Positions 20,325 through 30,616 of a DNA stretch of 64,000 nucleotides are shown one piece after another. The translations under genes and the position numbers were made by a program. This stretch comes from an uncultured Muribaculaceae bacterium (lineage in GTDB: Bacteria > Bacillota_I > Bacilli_A > RF39 > UBA660), in the NCBI GenBank assembly GCA_964560085.1, contig CAZLKF010000001.1:184794-248793 (forward strand). The letters are read 5' to 3'. Numbering within the stretch: the first letter of the stretch is position 1; each line of letters starts with the position of its first letter. The notes under the pieces are model-generated. The model was given only the letters and a program-made list of their open reading frames with translations, did not search any database and was not told the origin of the DNA.

Positions 20325-21906
20325 TACTTCTTATCCCCAATCCATTAATATATTTCCTCTTTACAATGATGTAAATACAAAATCCGGCAATCAAGAAATT
20401 TTCTATTCCTAAAATAATTGACCAAATATTAATCTCATTTTTTATACTTGTTCGTGAAATAAAATAATTATTATTTTGATAAGCAATTTCAATATAACCA
20501 TCATTTACTTCTATATTATCATCTTGAAGTTTAATTTTCAAATCATAATAATAAAGTTTTGTTTTTAAAACATCCTGACCAACAAATATTTTTAATTTCG
20601 TTTTTGTTTTATTAGGATTATCATTTGAGAAATAAAATGCTTCTGCATAATTAGTGGCTTTTTCTATTTCATTTTGGTATATATTATTAAAATTCAAAGT
20701 TGTGATAAATTCTTCATCTGTTAAAATATCTGAATTTAATATATGCCAAGCATATACTAATTTATCATTTTCATAATACGAAAATATAACATTCTTATTA
20801 GAATTTTTTATCATTTCTAATTGTTCTTTAGTTATTACTTGATCTTTTAAAACCATTACTTCAATTGTTTCTTTTGTAGTCGTAGAACTAATAGAAGCAA
20901 ACTTATCAATCGTTATCTGTGGATTATCATCAGTTCTCTTTACCTTCAAAACATATTTGTTAATTGATCCATCCTCTGCTTCAACGGTAATTGTAATTTC
21001 ATTCATTCCAACTACTAAATCAGTATTACTTATCTCAACTTTTGACTTTGTATCATTAGCAATTGCTGTAACGTTTAATTTTGATATCTCGTTGTTAACT
21101 GATAAAGAATATTCGTTAACATTACTTACAAAATCTAATTCATAACCATCAATCGTCAAAGATTTTAAAGTATTATTATTTGATTGAGCAAAACTTAAAC
21201 CATTCTTATCTAAGCGAATGACATTCAAAGTATATGTTTTAGTTGAACCATTTTCAGCTGTAACAATAATCTTAAATGAATTATTGTAAATATTTAACTT
21301 CTTTGTACCTGTTCCTTTAACTGTTGCTAAGGCAGATGATGGTGAGGCAGTAATATTGATAGTTGAAACATCATTATTAACAGTAATTTTGTAATTTGTA
21401 GTTGAAGATTTAAAATTGGTAATTGTTTTACCATCAATTTTTAAGTCATCTAAATTATTATCAGTTGATTTCATTTTTATAGTTATTTTTGATGTCCCAC
21501 CACTTACAGTTTTCATATTGCTAGTTCCTGTGACATTTGTAATAGAAACTATGGTTGATTCCCCTATTTTAAAATTTGCTTTAGCTTTAAATTTTAAGGT
21601 TGCATAGGTAAATGTTCCACTTTTACCATCAGTTGAATCTACAACAATGTTTGTTCCAACTGTCAGATTAAAACCATTACTTCCGTTTGAAGACACTAGT
21701 TCCAATTTATCTTTATCATAATTTAGAGTCGCTTTCAAACCAATTAAATTACTTGCCGACGTTGCTTTAAAAGTTAAAGTAATAGTTCCTCCACTTGCAA
21801 TGCCTGTACTTCCACTGATAGATGTTGTAAAATCTGCTGCCATAATTTCGGGAATATTAAAATTAATAATAACAAGTAAAAAAATTATTTTTAAAAATCT
21901 TTTCAA
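20308..21906 (-). CDS. Membrane-anchored cohesin-like + cadherin-like repeat protein (mini-scaffoldin/anchor)
   Basis: Signal peptide; N-terminal ~135 aa with a cohesin-like pattern (GGTITLTFKATSAS...LNYDKDKLELVS...GTFTYATLKFKAK); three cadherin-like beta-sandwich repeats (LKSLTIDGYELDFVSNVNEYSLSV...); C-terminal TM IILGIENFLIAGFCIYIIV followed by KRK. Confidence 0.55.
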   Translation of the reverse strand: MKRFLKIIFLLVIINFNIPEIMAADFTTSISGSTGIASGGTITLTFKATSASNLIGLKATLNYDKDKLELVSSNGSNGFNLTVGTNIVVDSTDGKSGTFTYATLKFKAKANFKIGESTIVSITNVTGTSNMKTVSGGTSKITIKMKSTDNNLDDLKIDGKTITNFKSSTTNYKITVNNDVSTINITASPSSALATVKGTGTKKLNIYNNSFKIIVTAENGSTKTYTLNVIRLDKNGLSFAQSNNNTLKSLTIDGYELDFVSNVNEYSLSVNNEISKLNVTAIANDTKSKVEISNTDLVVGMNEITITVEAEDGSINKYVLKVKRTDDNPQITIDKFASISSTTTKETIEVMVLKDQVITKEQLEMIKNSNKNVIFSYYENDKLVYAWHILNSDILTDEEFITTLNFNNIYQNEIEKATNYAEAFYFSNDNPNKTKTKLKIFVGQDVLKTKLYYYDLKIKLQDDNIEVNDGYIEIAYQNNNYFISRTSIKNEINIWSIILGIENFLIAGFCIYIIVKRKYINGLGIRSNEKKS

Positions 21907-24900
21907 TTTAATTCCTCCAATCCAGCCAAAAATCTTCTTAAAATGACCAAATCCGTTATATCAACTTCTTTATCTTTATTTAAGTCAGCTGCAAGTAAAT
22001 TTTGATCATTCAATATTTCTATTCCTGCTAAATGTCTTCTCAAAATAACTAAATCTGTTATATCAACTTCCTCGTCAGCATTAACATCTGCTAGTTTAAT
22101 ACTACTCCATTTTGCATAAAGCGTAATGTTGTTTGTTGGTATATACTGAATATCTTTTCCAACAAAATTTGTCAAATCCGCATCACTATACCAACCTATA
22201 AAATTTTTAGTTGAATCAAATGAACTAATGTCTGGTAAAGTAAGTGACGTCATCTGCCAGGTAGCTGTTAATTTACTGTTTTTAAAGCCAAAAGTATAAT
22301 TTGAATCCGCTAATGAACCAGATCCTGTTAAAATCCATTTTAAGAAAGTATGTTGAATAGGTGTTTTCATATTTTCTTTGTTTAAAACATTATAAACAAA
22401 TTCAACTTCAGTTGCATATACTGGATTGGCAATTGCAACAACCTCCAAAGAATTTTTTGTATATTTAAATTCATTTAAATCATTATATGTTCCTTTATTA
22501 GGATCGATTTCTAAATCAAAATAAACGGAATCATCAATAACATAAACCAATACTCCTGCAGCATAACGTTCTCTTAAGGCAGTAACAACAATTCTAGCAA
22601 CTCCATTACCAATGCCAGTAATTACTCCATTATCAACAGTGGCAACAGAAGAATCACTACTGCTCCACGTATATTTTGGAACTCGCATGAAATTTTTTAA
22701 AGTTGGTGTTATAGCAACTGTATTTTCCCCATTTTTATATAAAGTTACTTGAGATTTATCAAGTGTTAAGCCTGCATTTGTATCTTTAATAACCAAATCA
22801 ATTTGATCGCGACAATTATCGACTTCAATTGTAATTGTTACATTCCCCGCTTTTAAAGCTTTAACTACTCCATTTTGATCAACTGTTGCAATACTTGGAT
22901 TACTACTTGACCAAGATAAGTTACTAATTGCTGATCCTACTGGTGATACTTCAAAATTCAATTGCAGTTCATTAAAGACATTTCGATATATTGTTTGAGT
23001 TTCCTCTATAATATCGACCAGTCCGACTGTCACAATTGGTCCAACAATAATGGGGATACTCCGTTCAATAACATCATTTACAATCATTGTTATTGTTGCA
23101 TTGCCAATATGTACTGCTTCAATTAAACCTGTGTTAGAAACTGTTGCAATACTTGAATTACTACTTTTAAATTCTAATGACGTAATTGTTAATTTAGAAT
23201 CAATTACATAAGACAACTGATAACTAGGAAGTTCATTTATATCAAGTTCTACCAATTCACCATCTAATTCAACTTCAAAAAAGTTTTCATTAAATGTTAA
23301 GAAATAATTCTCTTTTTGAAAAGTGCTAGGAAATTTTATTATGCTATTAGAAGTCCCATTGATTACATAATTGTCAACCATTAAACTACGTTCACCATAT
23401 TTGTTAAAAAGATAAAGAGGAAGTTTTGTTCCTGAACTAATATTACGATATATAAATTGATGTTCGAAATTTGAACCCGTATACGTAAATTCACTTTCCT
23501 CTGTATAGATAGTCTCACTATTATTAGTCGTAAAGGCATTTAGTTCAGTACCAATAATTCCATTCAAACTTACTACTTTAATGGAAAACTCTGAATCATT
23601 TAATTCAATATCATCAATATCAACTGTTGCTAAACCAGGATAATTTGTTGTAACTGTTTTTATTAATTGATACCCACTAGTTGATGAATTTTTAACATAA
23701 ACCTCATATTTGCCATTAATTGATTCATGTGTAAAATTAACTCGTACCATTTTTTCAGAAAAATCTTTTGCTTTATCATAAGTTACTTCTATGGAATTTC
23801 GATTAGTAACAATACTTCCACTTTTTGTATAATCATAAATATTGTCCCAATTACGATACTTGACTTCTGTCACACCATTTACATCATAATATAATGACGA
23901 ATAAGCAAGATAAGTATAAGGGACGTAAGAACCCCAAGAATTTTTTAATATCCAAGCCCCAACACCAGCATAATCATCATTCCAACCAATAATAGACATT
24001 GCATGATAATTATACCCTTTATTACAATCCTCAGTTTCGTTTATCATATTGAGTTCATAATTATAACAAGTTCCCGCTTGATCGACAGCTGGTGACAATG
24101 CTGAAACATAAAGTGAACCATAATTCTTTATATGATCTTTTAACACTGCTCGATATTGTTCTTGCGTTATATTATCTTCATAATTTGCACTACCATAAAT
24201 ATTATAACCAGTTACTTGATATGCGACATTTTCAGAGTTTATAACTTCACTAAGATTTCGTTGATTTGATGAAGTGTCATAGTTACCCCAAATGTTTTCT
24301 TCAATTGGAGCCACCCCACTATTCAAATAAGTGGAAGCCAAGTTAAAATTACCACCACTCCCTAGCTCATGATTAGTTATCGAGTACGGGTTTTTTACTT
24401 CTTTGATTGAATTATCCGAAATCAAATAATCAATCTGACGCTCTGCAAAGTTAACTTGGGTGGTTTCCAACTGAGATACTAAAATGTTTGTTTCAATTGA
24501 TGAATAAGTAGCAAAAGCCCAACAAAGACCAAGTGTTGATTGGTTTTTAATTTTTGTGACATAATTGTCATCAGCCAAATTGTAGTAAGATGATGTAGAA
24601 GTAGAAATGTTATTGTCATATGTATAGTCCCACGTATAAGTTTCTGGTATAACTTCAACTCTTTTTTGATCAGCCGGTGACATTGCTAAATAATCAACAT
24701 ATTTAGGGTTTAAATATAATTGACCATTTTTCTTATTTTTTTCAGTTAAAACTTTTTTCCCGGATTCAGCTTGCTTTAAAACATATTCCTTAGCTGAGTC
24801 TGGAAGATAACTATAAGCTTCATTTTTTAAATCAATAGTTACTTTATATTCTAAGTCATTCCAACAAAAAGAAATTATTCCTAGAATAATTGTCAAAAGT

Positions 24901-24929
24901 GGCAAAAAAATCAAAACTTTCTTCTTCAT
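21903..24929 (-). CDS. Secreted C1 (papain-family) cysteine peptidase with Big_2 repeats and C-terminal type-I dockerin
   Basis: Signal peptide; catalytic Cys motif NQSTLGLCWAFAT and His region HAMSIIGWND...NSWG; several Big_2 Ig-like domains; C-terminal duplicated Ca-binding segments DVNADEEVDITDLVILRRHLAG / ADLNKDKEVDITDLVILRRFLAG. Confidence 0.7.
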   Translation of the reverse strand: MKKKVLIFLPLLTIILGIISFCWNDLEYKVTIDLKNEAYSYLPDSAKEYVLKQAESGKKVLTEKNKKNGQLYLNPKYVDYLAMSPADQKRVEVIPETYTWDYTYDNNISTSTSSYYNLADDNYVTKIKNQSTLGLCWAFATYSSIETNILVSQLETTQVNFAERQIDYLISDNSIKEVKNPYSITNHELGSGGNFNLASTYLNSGVAPIEENIWGNYDTSSNQRNLSEVINSENVAYQVTGYNIYGSANYEDNITQEQYRAVLKDHIKNYGSLYVSALSPAVDQAGTCYNYELNMINETEDCNKGYNYHAMSIIGWNDDYAGVGAWILKNSWGSYVPYTYLAYSSLYYDVNGVTEVKYRNWDNIYDYTKSGSIVTNRNSIEVTYDKAKDFSEKMVRVNFTHESINGKYEVYVKNSSTSGYQLIKTVTTNYPGLATVDIDDIELNDSEFSIKVVSLNGIIGTELNAFTTNNSETIYTEESEFTYTGSNFEHQFIYRNISSGTKLPLYLFNKYGERSLMVDNYVINGTSNSIIKFPSTFQKENYFLTFNENFFEVELDGELVELDINELPSYQLSYVIDSKLTITSLEFKSSNSSIATVSNTGLIEAVHIGNATITMIVNDVIERSIPIIVGPIVTVGLVDIIEETQTIYRNVFNELQLNFEVSPVGSAISNLSWSSSNPSIATVDQNGVVKALKAGNVTITIEVDNCRDQIDLVIKDTNAGLTLDKSQVTLYKNGENTVAITPTLKNFMRVPKYTWSSSDSSVATVDNGVITGIGNGVARIVVTALRERYAAGVLVYVIDDSVYFDLEIDPNKGTYNDLNEFKYTKNSLEVVAIANPVYATEVEFVYNVLNKENMKTPIQHTFLKWILTGSGSLADSNYTFGFKNSKLTATWQMTSLTLPDISSFDSTKNFIGWYSDADLTNFVGKDIQYIPTNNITLYAKWSSIKLADVNADEEVDITDLVILRRHLAGIEILNDQNLLAADLNKDKEVDITDLVILRRFLAGLEELN

Positions 24930-24971
24930 AAAGCCAACTCTATTCTAAAAAAATTATAGCATATTTTATGG

Positions 24972-25000
24972 AAATAAAAAAGACTTCCATTTGAAGTCTT
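24972..25000 (-). terminator. Rho-independent terminator
   Basis: AAGACTTC-CATTT-GAAGTCTT hairpin followed by a T-run on the minus strand. Confidence 0.45.
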
Positions 25001-25862
25001 ATAATTTATTTCCGCAGTTAGTACAGAATTTTCCAGTTACTGGATTACCACAATTTGAGCAAAATTTTATTTCATTTTGATTATTTACTACTTCTTTTTG
25101 GTTATGATCTAAAAGTAATAAATAAAATTTCGTTTGTGCTAAGTACAAGCGTGGTGTTAGAAAAATCATTAAAACAACTAATACTATTAAAAAAAGTATT
25201 GTTATTATAAGAAATGTTCCTGAAAATTGAAAAAGAGTTGCTAATATTTTTTCATTAGTTAAATTATTTATATATGCTTCCGCTGCAAACCTAGTTATAT
25301 TAATAATTAACAATATAAAATATACAACTACTGCTACTATATATTGCCAAGAATATGATAATAGTAATGAAAATGCTTGCCCTTTATAACCCCTTAATGC
25401 ATTTGTTACTTTATCATATACATCTTTAACACTGATTGTTGGGTCTAAAGCAAACATATATAAAATTCCCATATAAATAATCGTTGCTATTACTCCTGGC
25501 ACAATTAGTAATAAAAAGCCAATGCTTATTGCAAGAGTACCTATTAAGCCAACTAAAAATAATTTCCCAAAATATTGATAATAACTAAAGATAATTTCGA
25601 TACTTGCATTTTCATCTTTTGCTATATTAATAACATATTTATAAAGTCCAACAACCATTGGTGTTGAAATTGCAGTAGTTATAATTGCTAACACTGATGA
25701 TAAAGTATCATTCGAATCAACTAATAATCCAGTTAATAGTCCAACAACAGAAGATATGACGCCTAGTATTAATGAATATAAAATTGTCATCCCAACAATA
25801 CGAGCGCCATTACCTTTCACTTTTTCCCCGACAAATTTTTTAATTTCATAATTTTTTTGCAT
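24999..25862 (-). CDS. Polytopic membrane protein (DUF975-like) with C-terminal double Cys-x2-Cys zinc ribbon
   Basis: Six or more TM helices; C-terminus FCSNCGNPVTGKFCTNCGNKL. Confidence 0.5.
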   Translation of the reverse strand: MQKNYEIKKFVGEKVKGNGARIVGMTILYSLILGVISSVVGLLTGLLVDSNDTLSSVLAIITTAISTPMVVGLYKYVINIAKDENASIEIIFSYYQYFGKLFLVGLIGTLAISIGFLLLIVPGVIATIIYMGILYMFALDPTISVKDVYDKVTNALRGYKGQAFSLLLSYSWQYIVAVVVYFILLIINITRFAAEAYINNLTNEKILATLFQFSGTFLIITILFLIVLVVLMIFLTPRLYLAQTKFYLLLLDHNQKEVVNNQNEIKFCSNCGNPVTGKFCTNCGNKL

Positions 25863-25882
25863 AATTCTTCTCCCTAATTTCG

Positions 25883-26002
25883 TTAATTTTCTTCTTTTTT
25901 ATCATTTTTTAATAGAAAATATAATCCAATTCCAATCCCTATGGCTAATACACTACCAAGAGCAATATATTTTCCAACATTACACCTCTTATCGTTATCC
26001 AT
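25883..26002 (-). CDS. Small hydrophobic peptide (39 aa)
   Basis: Not in the ORF track. AAGGAGG RBS 7 nt upstream of the ATG; MDNDKRCNVGKYIALGSVLAIGIGIGLYFLLKNDKKEEN has a single TM helix. Confidence 0.25.
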   Translation of the reverse strand: MDNDKRCNVGKYIALGSVLAIGIGIGLYFLLKNDKKEEN

Positions 26003-26038
26003 AATAACCTCCTTATCTTATAATAAGTATACCATATA

Positions 26039-26236
26039 TTAATCTTCAAACAAATTGTTTATTAAATTATCGACATTTTTCTTTACCTGATTTTGACATT
26101 TTTTAACATTTATTTCAATTAAGTCTCCCTCTTGCGCATTCGGGACTAATCTTTTAGGAATATTCAAGGTTTGACCAACGTCAACTTCAACTATCACAAA
26201 TTCGCCTTCAATTCGATCAACAATCACTTTCATCAC
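26039..26236 (-). CDS. DUF3006-family small protein
   Basis: 65 aa (VIVDRIEGEFVIVEV...) coupled by a 4-nt overlap to the upstream MBL-fold ComEC-related gene, the usual DUF3006 context. Confidence 0.55.
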   Translation of the reverse strand: MMKVIVDRIEGEFVIVEVDVGQTLNIPKRLVPNAQEGDLIEINVKKCQNQVKKNVDNLINNLFED

Positions 26237-27117
26237 TTTTCCACCTTTACATTTATTTTTGTCCCATCACTTGCAACAACTATAGTACCATTAATATCAG
26301 TTCGATAAATTTTAACATCTCTTGCTTGTAACTTATCAAGTATTTCTTTTTTAGGATGACCGTAACTGTTATCCTTACCAACACTGATAATAGCAATGCT
26401 TGGGTTTACTTTATCCAAAAATGCATCAGATGTTGAAGTATCACTTCCATGGTGACCAACTTTTAAAACATCAACTTTAACATCAGTTGTAATTTCTTCT
26501 TCACTTGTAACTTCAGCATCACCCATAAACAAGAATTTATTTTCTTTGTAAGTTATTTTAATAACTGTAGAATAATTATTTATTTCATCATATTTAGTAC
26601 TATTAGGAGCAATAACAACAACATCTAAATTGTCACTATCTATAATACTAACTCCTGATACTGCTGTTTTAATTTTTAAGTCTTTATCAGCTATTGTTTG
26701 CAATAACTTTTCATAAGTTTTTGTCCCAACACTTACTTTCGGCATATAAATCTTACCAACATCAAATTCATTTATGATAGCAGTCATTCCACCAATATGA
26801 TCAATGTGAGGATGAGTAGCAACTAAATAATCAATTTTTTGATAATTTAATTTCTTAATATAATCTATAGTTTTTGAGGCAGTGTTTGCTTCTCCAGCAT
26901 CAATTAGCATCGTTTCTTTAGTTGGTAATTCAATGAAAATTGAATCTCCTTGATCAACATCTAAATAGTGAATTTTCATTTGTTCAGCACTTGTAAGTGG
27001 CTCTTCAATTATATTATCAACCGGTTTAGAATTATCATAATTAACGCCAAACACAACTCCAATAATTGACAAAATGACAAATATACTTATAGTAAAATTC
27101 TCTTTTCTTTTTTTCAT
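26233..27117 (-). CDS. Membrane-anchored MBL-fold metallo-hydrolase, ComEC C-terminal-domain-like
   Basis: N-terminal TM; HxHxDH motif ATHPHIDHIGG; later VLKVGHHGSDTS, as in the ComEC/Rec2 beta-lactamase domain. Confidence 0.75.
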   Translation of the reverse strand: MKKRKENFTISIFVILSIIGVVFGVNYDNSKPVDNIIEEPLTSAEQMKIHYLDVDQGDSIFIELPTKETMLIDAGEANTASKTIDYIKKLNYQKIDYLVATHPHIDHIGGMTAIINEFDVGKIYMPKVSVGTKTYEKLLQTIADKDLKIKTAVSGVSIIDSDNLDVVVIAPNSTKYDEINNYSTVIKITYKENKFLFMGDAEVTSEEEITTDVKVDVLKVGHHGSDTSTSDAFLDKVNPSIAIISVGKDNSYGHPKKEILDKLQARDVKIYRTDINGTIVVASDGTKINVKVEK

Positions 27118-27124
27118 AATTCAC

Positions 27125-28591
27125 CTACATTACTGTTGGAGCAAAAAAATATAATAAAAATAAAACAGTTGTAGTAATCAAAGTGACACTAATATCTAAT
27201 TTTATCTTATTTCCTTTTATTCTCTCAATAGTATAAATAATTAAATTAATAATAACATAAAATATTATTCCGATACCAATTCCATCAGTAATAGAATATG
27301 TTAGAGGCATCATTAAAATGGTTAAAAAGGCCGGCAAAGCATTTTTGATATTAGAGAAATCAATTTTTGTAATATTTTTCATCATCAAAACTCCAACATA
27401 AATTAAAGCCGAAGCAGCAGCGGCTAAAGGAATAAAAGCAAATAAAGGCAGTAAAAATATTGATGCGATAAATAAGATAGCTGCTGTCAAAGCTGTGAAG
27501 CCTGTTTTTCCACCTTCAGCTACACCTGCACCCGATTCAACAAAAGTTGTAACTGTTGAAGTACCAATTAAGGCGCCAACACAAGTAGCTGTTGAATCTG
27601 AATACATTATTTTTCCATAATTATATGGCTTATCATTTTTATCAGCTAAGCCAGCATTTACAGTACAACCAACAATTGTTCCCATCGTATCAAACATATC
27701 AACCATAGCTAAAGAAATAACAATCATTATTGAGGTAAGTAAAGAACCTGCCGGAAAATTAAACCCCTCTGTAAATATGCTCAAGAAAACTCCACCTTCA
27801 GATGGATTAAAATTAAAGAACGTTTGAAAGTTTTGCCATATATTCCAAGTTACACCCGGAGTTCTACCAAGCAAAATATTAATATCTGCTACTCCTAAAG
27901 GAATTGCTAATAAAGTTGCAGCAAGAATGCCAATCATAACTGCTCCTTTTACTTTGTAATGATTTAATATACAGATTACAAATAAGCCAAAAAATGCAAC
28001 AAGTGCATTTAATGCAGCTCCCCCTTTTACCCATAATTCAGGATTATTAAAATCAACTAATTGAATCAATGTAAATTGATTACTTGTAATAATTCCAGCA
28101 TTTTGTAAACCGACAAATGCAATAAATAAGCCGATGCCAATAGGAATTGCTGTTCTAATAGGAATAGGAATATCATCAAATATCTTCTCTCGTAAAGATA
28201 TTTTGTTTTTACCAACTTTAATAAATGACAATAACAAGAACAATATACCACTCACAAATATCAATAACATTGCATTACCAAATGAGTAAGAAAATCCTAG
28301 TACACCACCAATAATTGTTCCCGTTAAAGCATTAATTCCCATACCAGGTGCCTGAACAAGAGGCATTTTTGCAATAAAAGCCATCAAAATTGTGCCAATG
28401 GTTGAACCAATGGCTGTTGCAATAAAAACAGATGCCCATCTTGGATCACTAGTTCCTGCCAAAAGCATGTTATTCGGGTTAACGGTTAAAATATACGCCA
28501 TTGCTAAAAATGATGCAATCCCAGCAAATATTTCAACCTTTAGGCTTGATCCTCTTTTTGTTATTTCAAAGAATTTGTCAATTTTTTTCAT
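27125..28591 (-). CDS. pbuG: NCS2/AzgA-family purine (guanine/hypoxanthine) permease
   Basis: 488 aa with about 13 TM helices; N-terminus FEITKRGSSLKVEIFAGIASFLAMAYILTVNP is typical of the AzgA/PbuG family. Confidence 0.8.
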   Translation of the reverse strand: MKKIDKFFEITKRGSSLKVEIFAGIASFLAMAYILTVNPNNMLLAGTSDPRWASVFIATAIGSTIGTILMAFIAKMPLVQAPGMGINALTGTIIGGVLGFSYSFGNAMLLIFVSGILFLLLSFIKVGKNKISLREKIFDDIPIPIRTAIPIGIGLFIAFVGLQNAGIITSNQFTLIQLVDFNNPELWVKGGAALNALVAFFGLFVICILNHYKVKGAVMIGILAATLLAIPLGVADINILLGRTPGVTWNIWQNFQTFFNFNPSEGGVFLSIFTEGFNFPAGSLLTSIMIVISLAMVDMFDTMGTIVGCTVNAGLADKNDKPYNYGKIMYSDSTATCVGALIGTSTVTTFVESGAGVAEGGKTGFTALTAAILFIASIFLLPLFAFIPLAAAASALIYVGVLMMKNITKIDFSNIKNALPAFLTILMMPLTYSITDGIGIGIIFYVIINLIIYTIERIKGNKIKLDISVTLITTTVLFLLYFFAPTVM

Positions 28592-28630
28592 TATTCATGC
28601 TCCATTTCAACTTCAAATTTCTTATAATTA

Positions 28631-30496
28631 CTATTTTATATCTATATATTTTATTTGATTAATATCAAACGTACTATCCTCGTGGATTGTAATCAATGTT
28701 CCTCCTCTTTGATCATGTTCAAAGGCGATTTTAGGCGTTGCCAAATAATCAATTGACATACCATATACAAGCTTAATACCTCGATATTCTAAACCTATTG
28801 TATTCAAATGATCATGACCATAAAACATCGCTTTCGTACTGCCTAATTCTGTTGCAACATCAAATAGTTTTGAACTATAATCAGAAGAACTAACTTCTTC
28901 TCTTTTTTGGCCAAACAAATATGTTACTTCATTTAAACCATCTTCATAAAACGAAACCGCTTCTTTTGTTTCTGTTAAAGGAATATGAAAGAATGCCAAT
29001 GAGTTGACTGTTGATAAATTTAAAGAACTATAATATCTAATTCGGTCTCTATACCAGGCAACTTGATCGTCATGAATATAATCATAATTATTGATAGCAC
29101 TATCAATATATGAATTAGAATCAAGTAAAAATAGCAATTGATTAATACTATTATCCCAGTTTTTTAAAACAATAAGTTGATTACTACGTCCATCAATTTG
29201 ACGATCAAAATCAGTATATAATAAATTTTTACCATTTTTATTAAAAGAATAATTATTTAGAATTTCTAAAAAATCTTCATGAGTATTCGTTGCATAAGAC
29301 TCTGTGTCATGATTACCATAAGTGAATGCCCAAGGTATACCTATATTATTCATAAACATCGCAAACTGAGAAAATGCTGAATAATTGTTAAAATTAAATG
29401 ATTGTAAAGCAAATGGATACACTATATCACCTGTTACAATTATTAAATCTGGTGAGGTATATGCAATTAAACTTCGCACAGTTTCTAAAGCCTTCTTGTC
29501 TTTATCTTTAGTAATAAAACTGCCACCAATATGAATATCAGTTAATTGTAAAACCTTAAAGTCCGTATTTTTTTGATTAACTATAACAAAAGAACCATCA
29601 TCTTCATTATAAGTAATTGGTAAATCGCGACTTTCTACTTGATTAGTAAATGAAACATAAGGTAACATATAAAAACTACCCAATTCCATAACATAAAATA
29701 TCCCAACAAAAATTAAAACAATTATAATTATTTTAGCTAATTTCACACTTAATTTCTTTTTTTCAAATTGACGCCAAGAACTAAAAGGATTAACAATTAA
29801 AGCATTTAAAAGAAATATAAGAGCAAATATTATAATAACTATCCATATAGAATACCAAGCATCCGTATAATAACCAAAAAGAATTGATAAAGTTATAGTT
29901 ATGATTGCATAAATAACAACATATATAATATTTCGTACTTTAGCTCTTTTAAAAGTGTAATTATCTTCAATATTAATTTCAGCATCACATTTAAATTCGA
30001 CTTTACCCAAATTTTTTTTAATTAACAATCGTTTTGAAAACATTGTTACAATTATTGATAAAGTTAAACAGCAAATTATAAAAGGAATTAATTTGTCACT
30101 TTGATTAGTCAAAACTATTTTCAATAAAGAAATAATCATTGCTATTGATAAAGAAATAATGAAAATTAGATATGCCTTAAAATTACTTTTAATTTTATTG
30201 TTAAAAAAGTTAATATATTCTAATGCATTTTTAGATATATTTATTTCACCTTCTACCTTTTTTAAAATAATCTTTTTGTAAAATAAAGTAGAAAATGTAA
30301 TAATCAACAAACAAATTATAATCATTATAATTATATATAATAAATTAATATCATTATCTATACTATTCTTAAAAACAATAAATAATATTGACGAAATTAG
30401 AATTAGAGAATTAAAAATAATTGAGCAAATGTAATTTACTCTTTTCTTTATATCCTCGATTAAATAAAATACTTCTTTAGTATTATATACTTTCAT
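28631..30496 (-). CDS. Membrane-bound calcineurin-like metallophosphoesterase
   Basis: About 7 N-terminal TM helices, then phosphoesterase motifs GDIVYPF, GNHDTE, GHDHLN. Confidence 0.7.
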   Translation of the reverse strand: MKVYNTKEVFYLIEDIKKRVNYICSIIFNSLILISSILFIVFKNSIDNDINLLYIIIMIIICLLIITFSTLFYKKIILKKVEGEINISKNALEYINFFNNKIKSNFKAYLIFIISLSIAMIISLLKIVLTNQSDKLIPFIICCLTLSIIVTMFSKRLLIKKNLGKVEFKCDAEINIEDNYTFKRAKVRNIIYVVIYAIITITLSILFGYYTDAWYSIWIVIIIFALIFLLNALIVNPFSSWRQFEKKKLSVKLAKIIIIVLIFVGIFYVMELGSFYMLPYVSFTNQVESRDLPITYNEDDGSFVIVNQKNTDFKVLQLTDIHIGGSFITKDKDKKALETVRSLIAYTSPDLIIVTGDIVYPFALQSFNFNNYSAFSQFAMFMNNIGIPWAFTYGNHDTESYATNTHEDFLEILNNYSFNKNGKNLLYTDFDRQIDGRSNQLIVLKNWDNSINQLLFLLDSNSYIDSAINNYDYIHDDQVAWYRDRIRYYSSLNLSTVNSLAFFHIPLTETKEAVSFYEDGLNEVTYLFGQKREEVSSSDYSSKLFDVATELGSTKAMFYGHDHLNTIGLEYRGIKLVYGMSIDYLATPKIAFEHDQRGGTLITIHEDSTFDINQIKYIDIK

Positions 30497-30519
30497 ACTA
30501 CCACCAAGATAATCATACC

Positions 30520-30550
30520 ATAAAAAAACAGAAAAATAAATTTCTGTTTT
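30520..30550 (-). terminator. Rho-independent terminator
   Basis: AAACAGAAA-AATAAA-TTTCTGTTT hairpin with a minus-strand T-run. Confidence 0.5.
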
Positions 30551-30616
30551 CTAGATATAAATATTAATTAGGTCTTAGGGTTAGGAGTATCGTAGTATAT
30601 TTATACAATATTTATA

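Noticed and set aside
28592-28700. Expected purine/guanine riboswitch upstream of the pbuG-like permease
   Set aside because: Only ~40 nt separate pbuG from the upstream gene stop. No aptamer-like conserved stems (P1-P3 with U-rich junctions) were seen; the permease is probably co-transcribed with the phosphoesterase gene.
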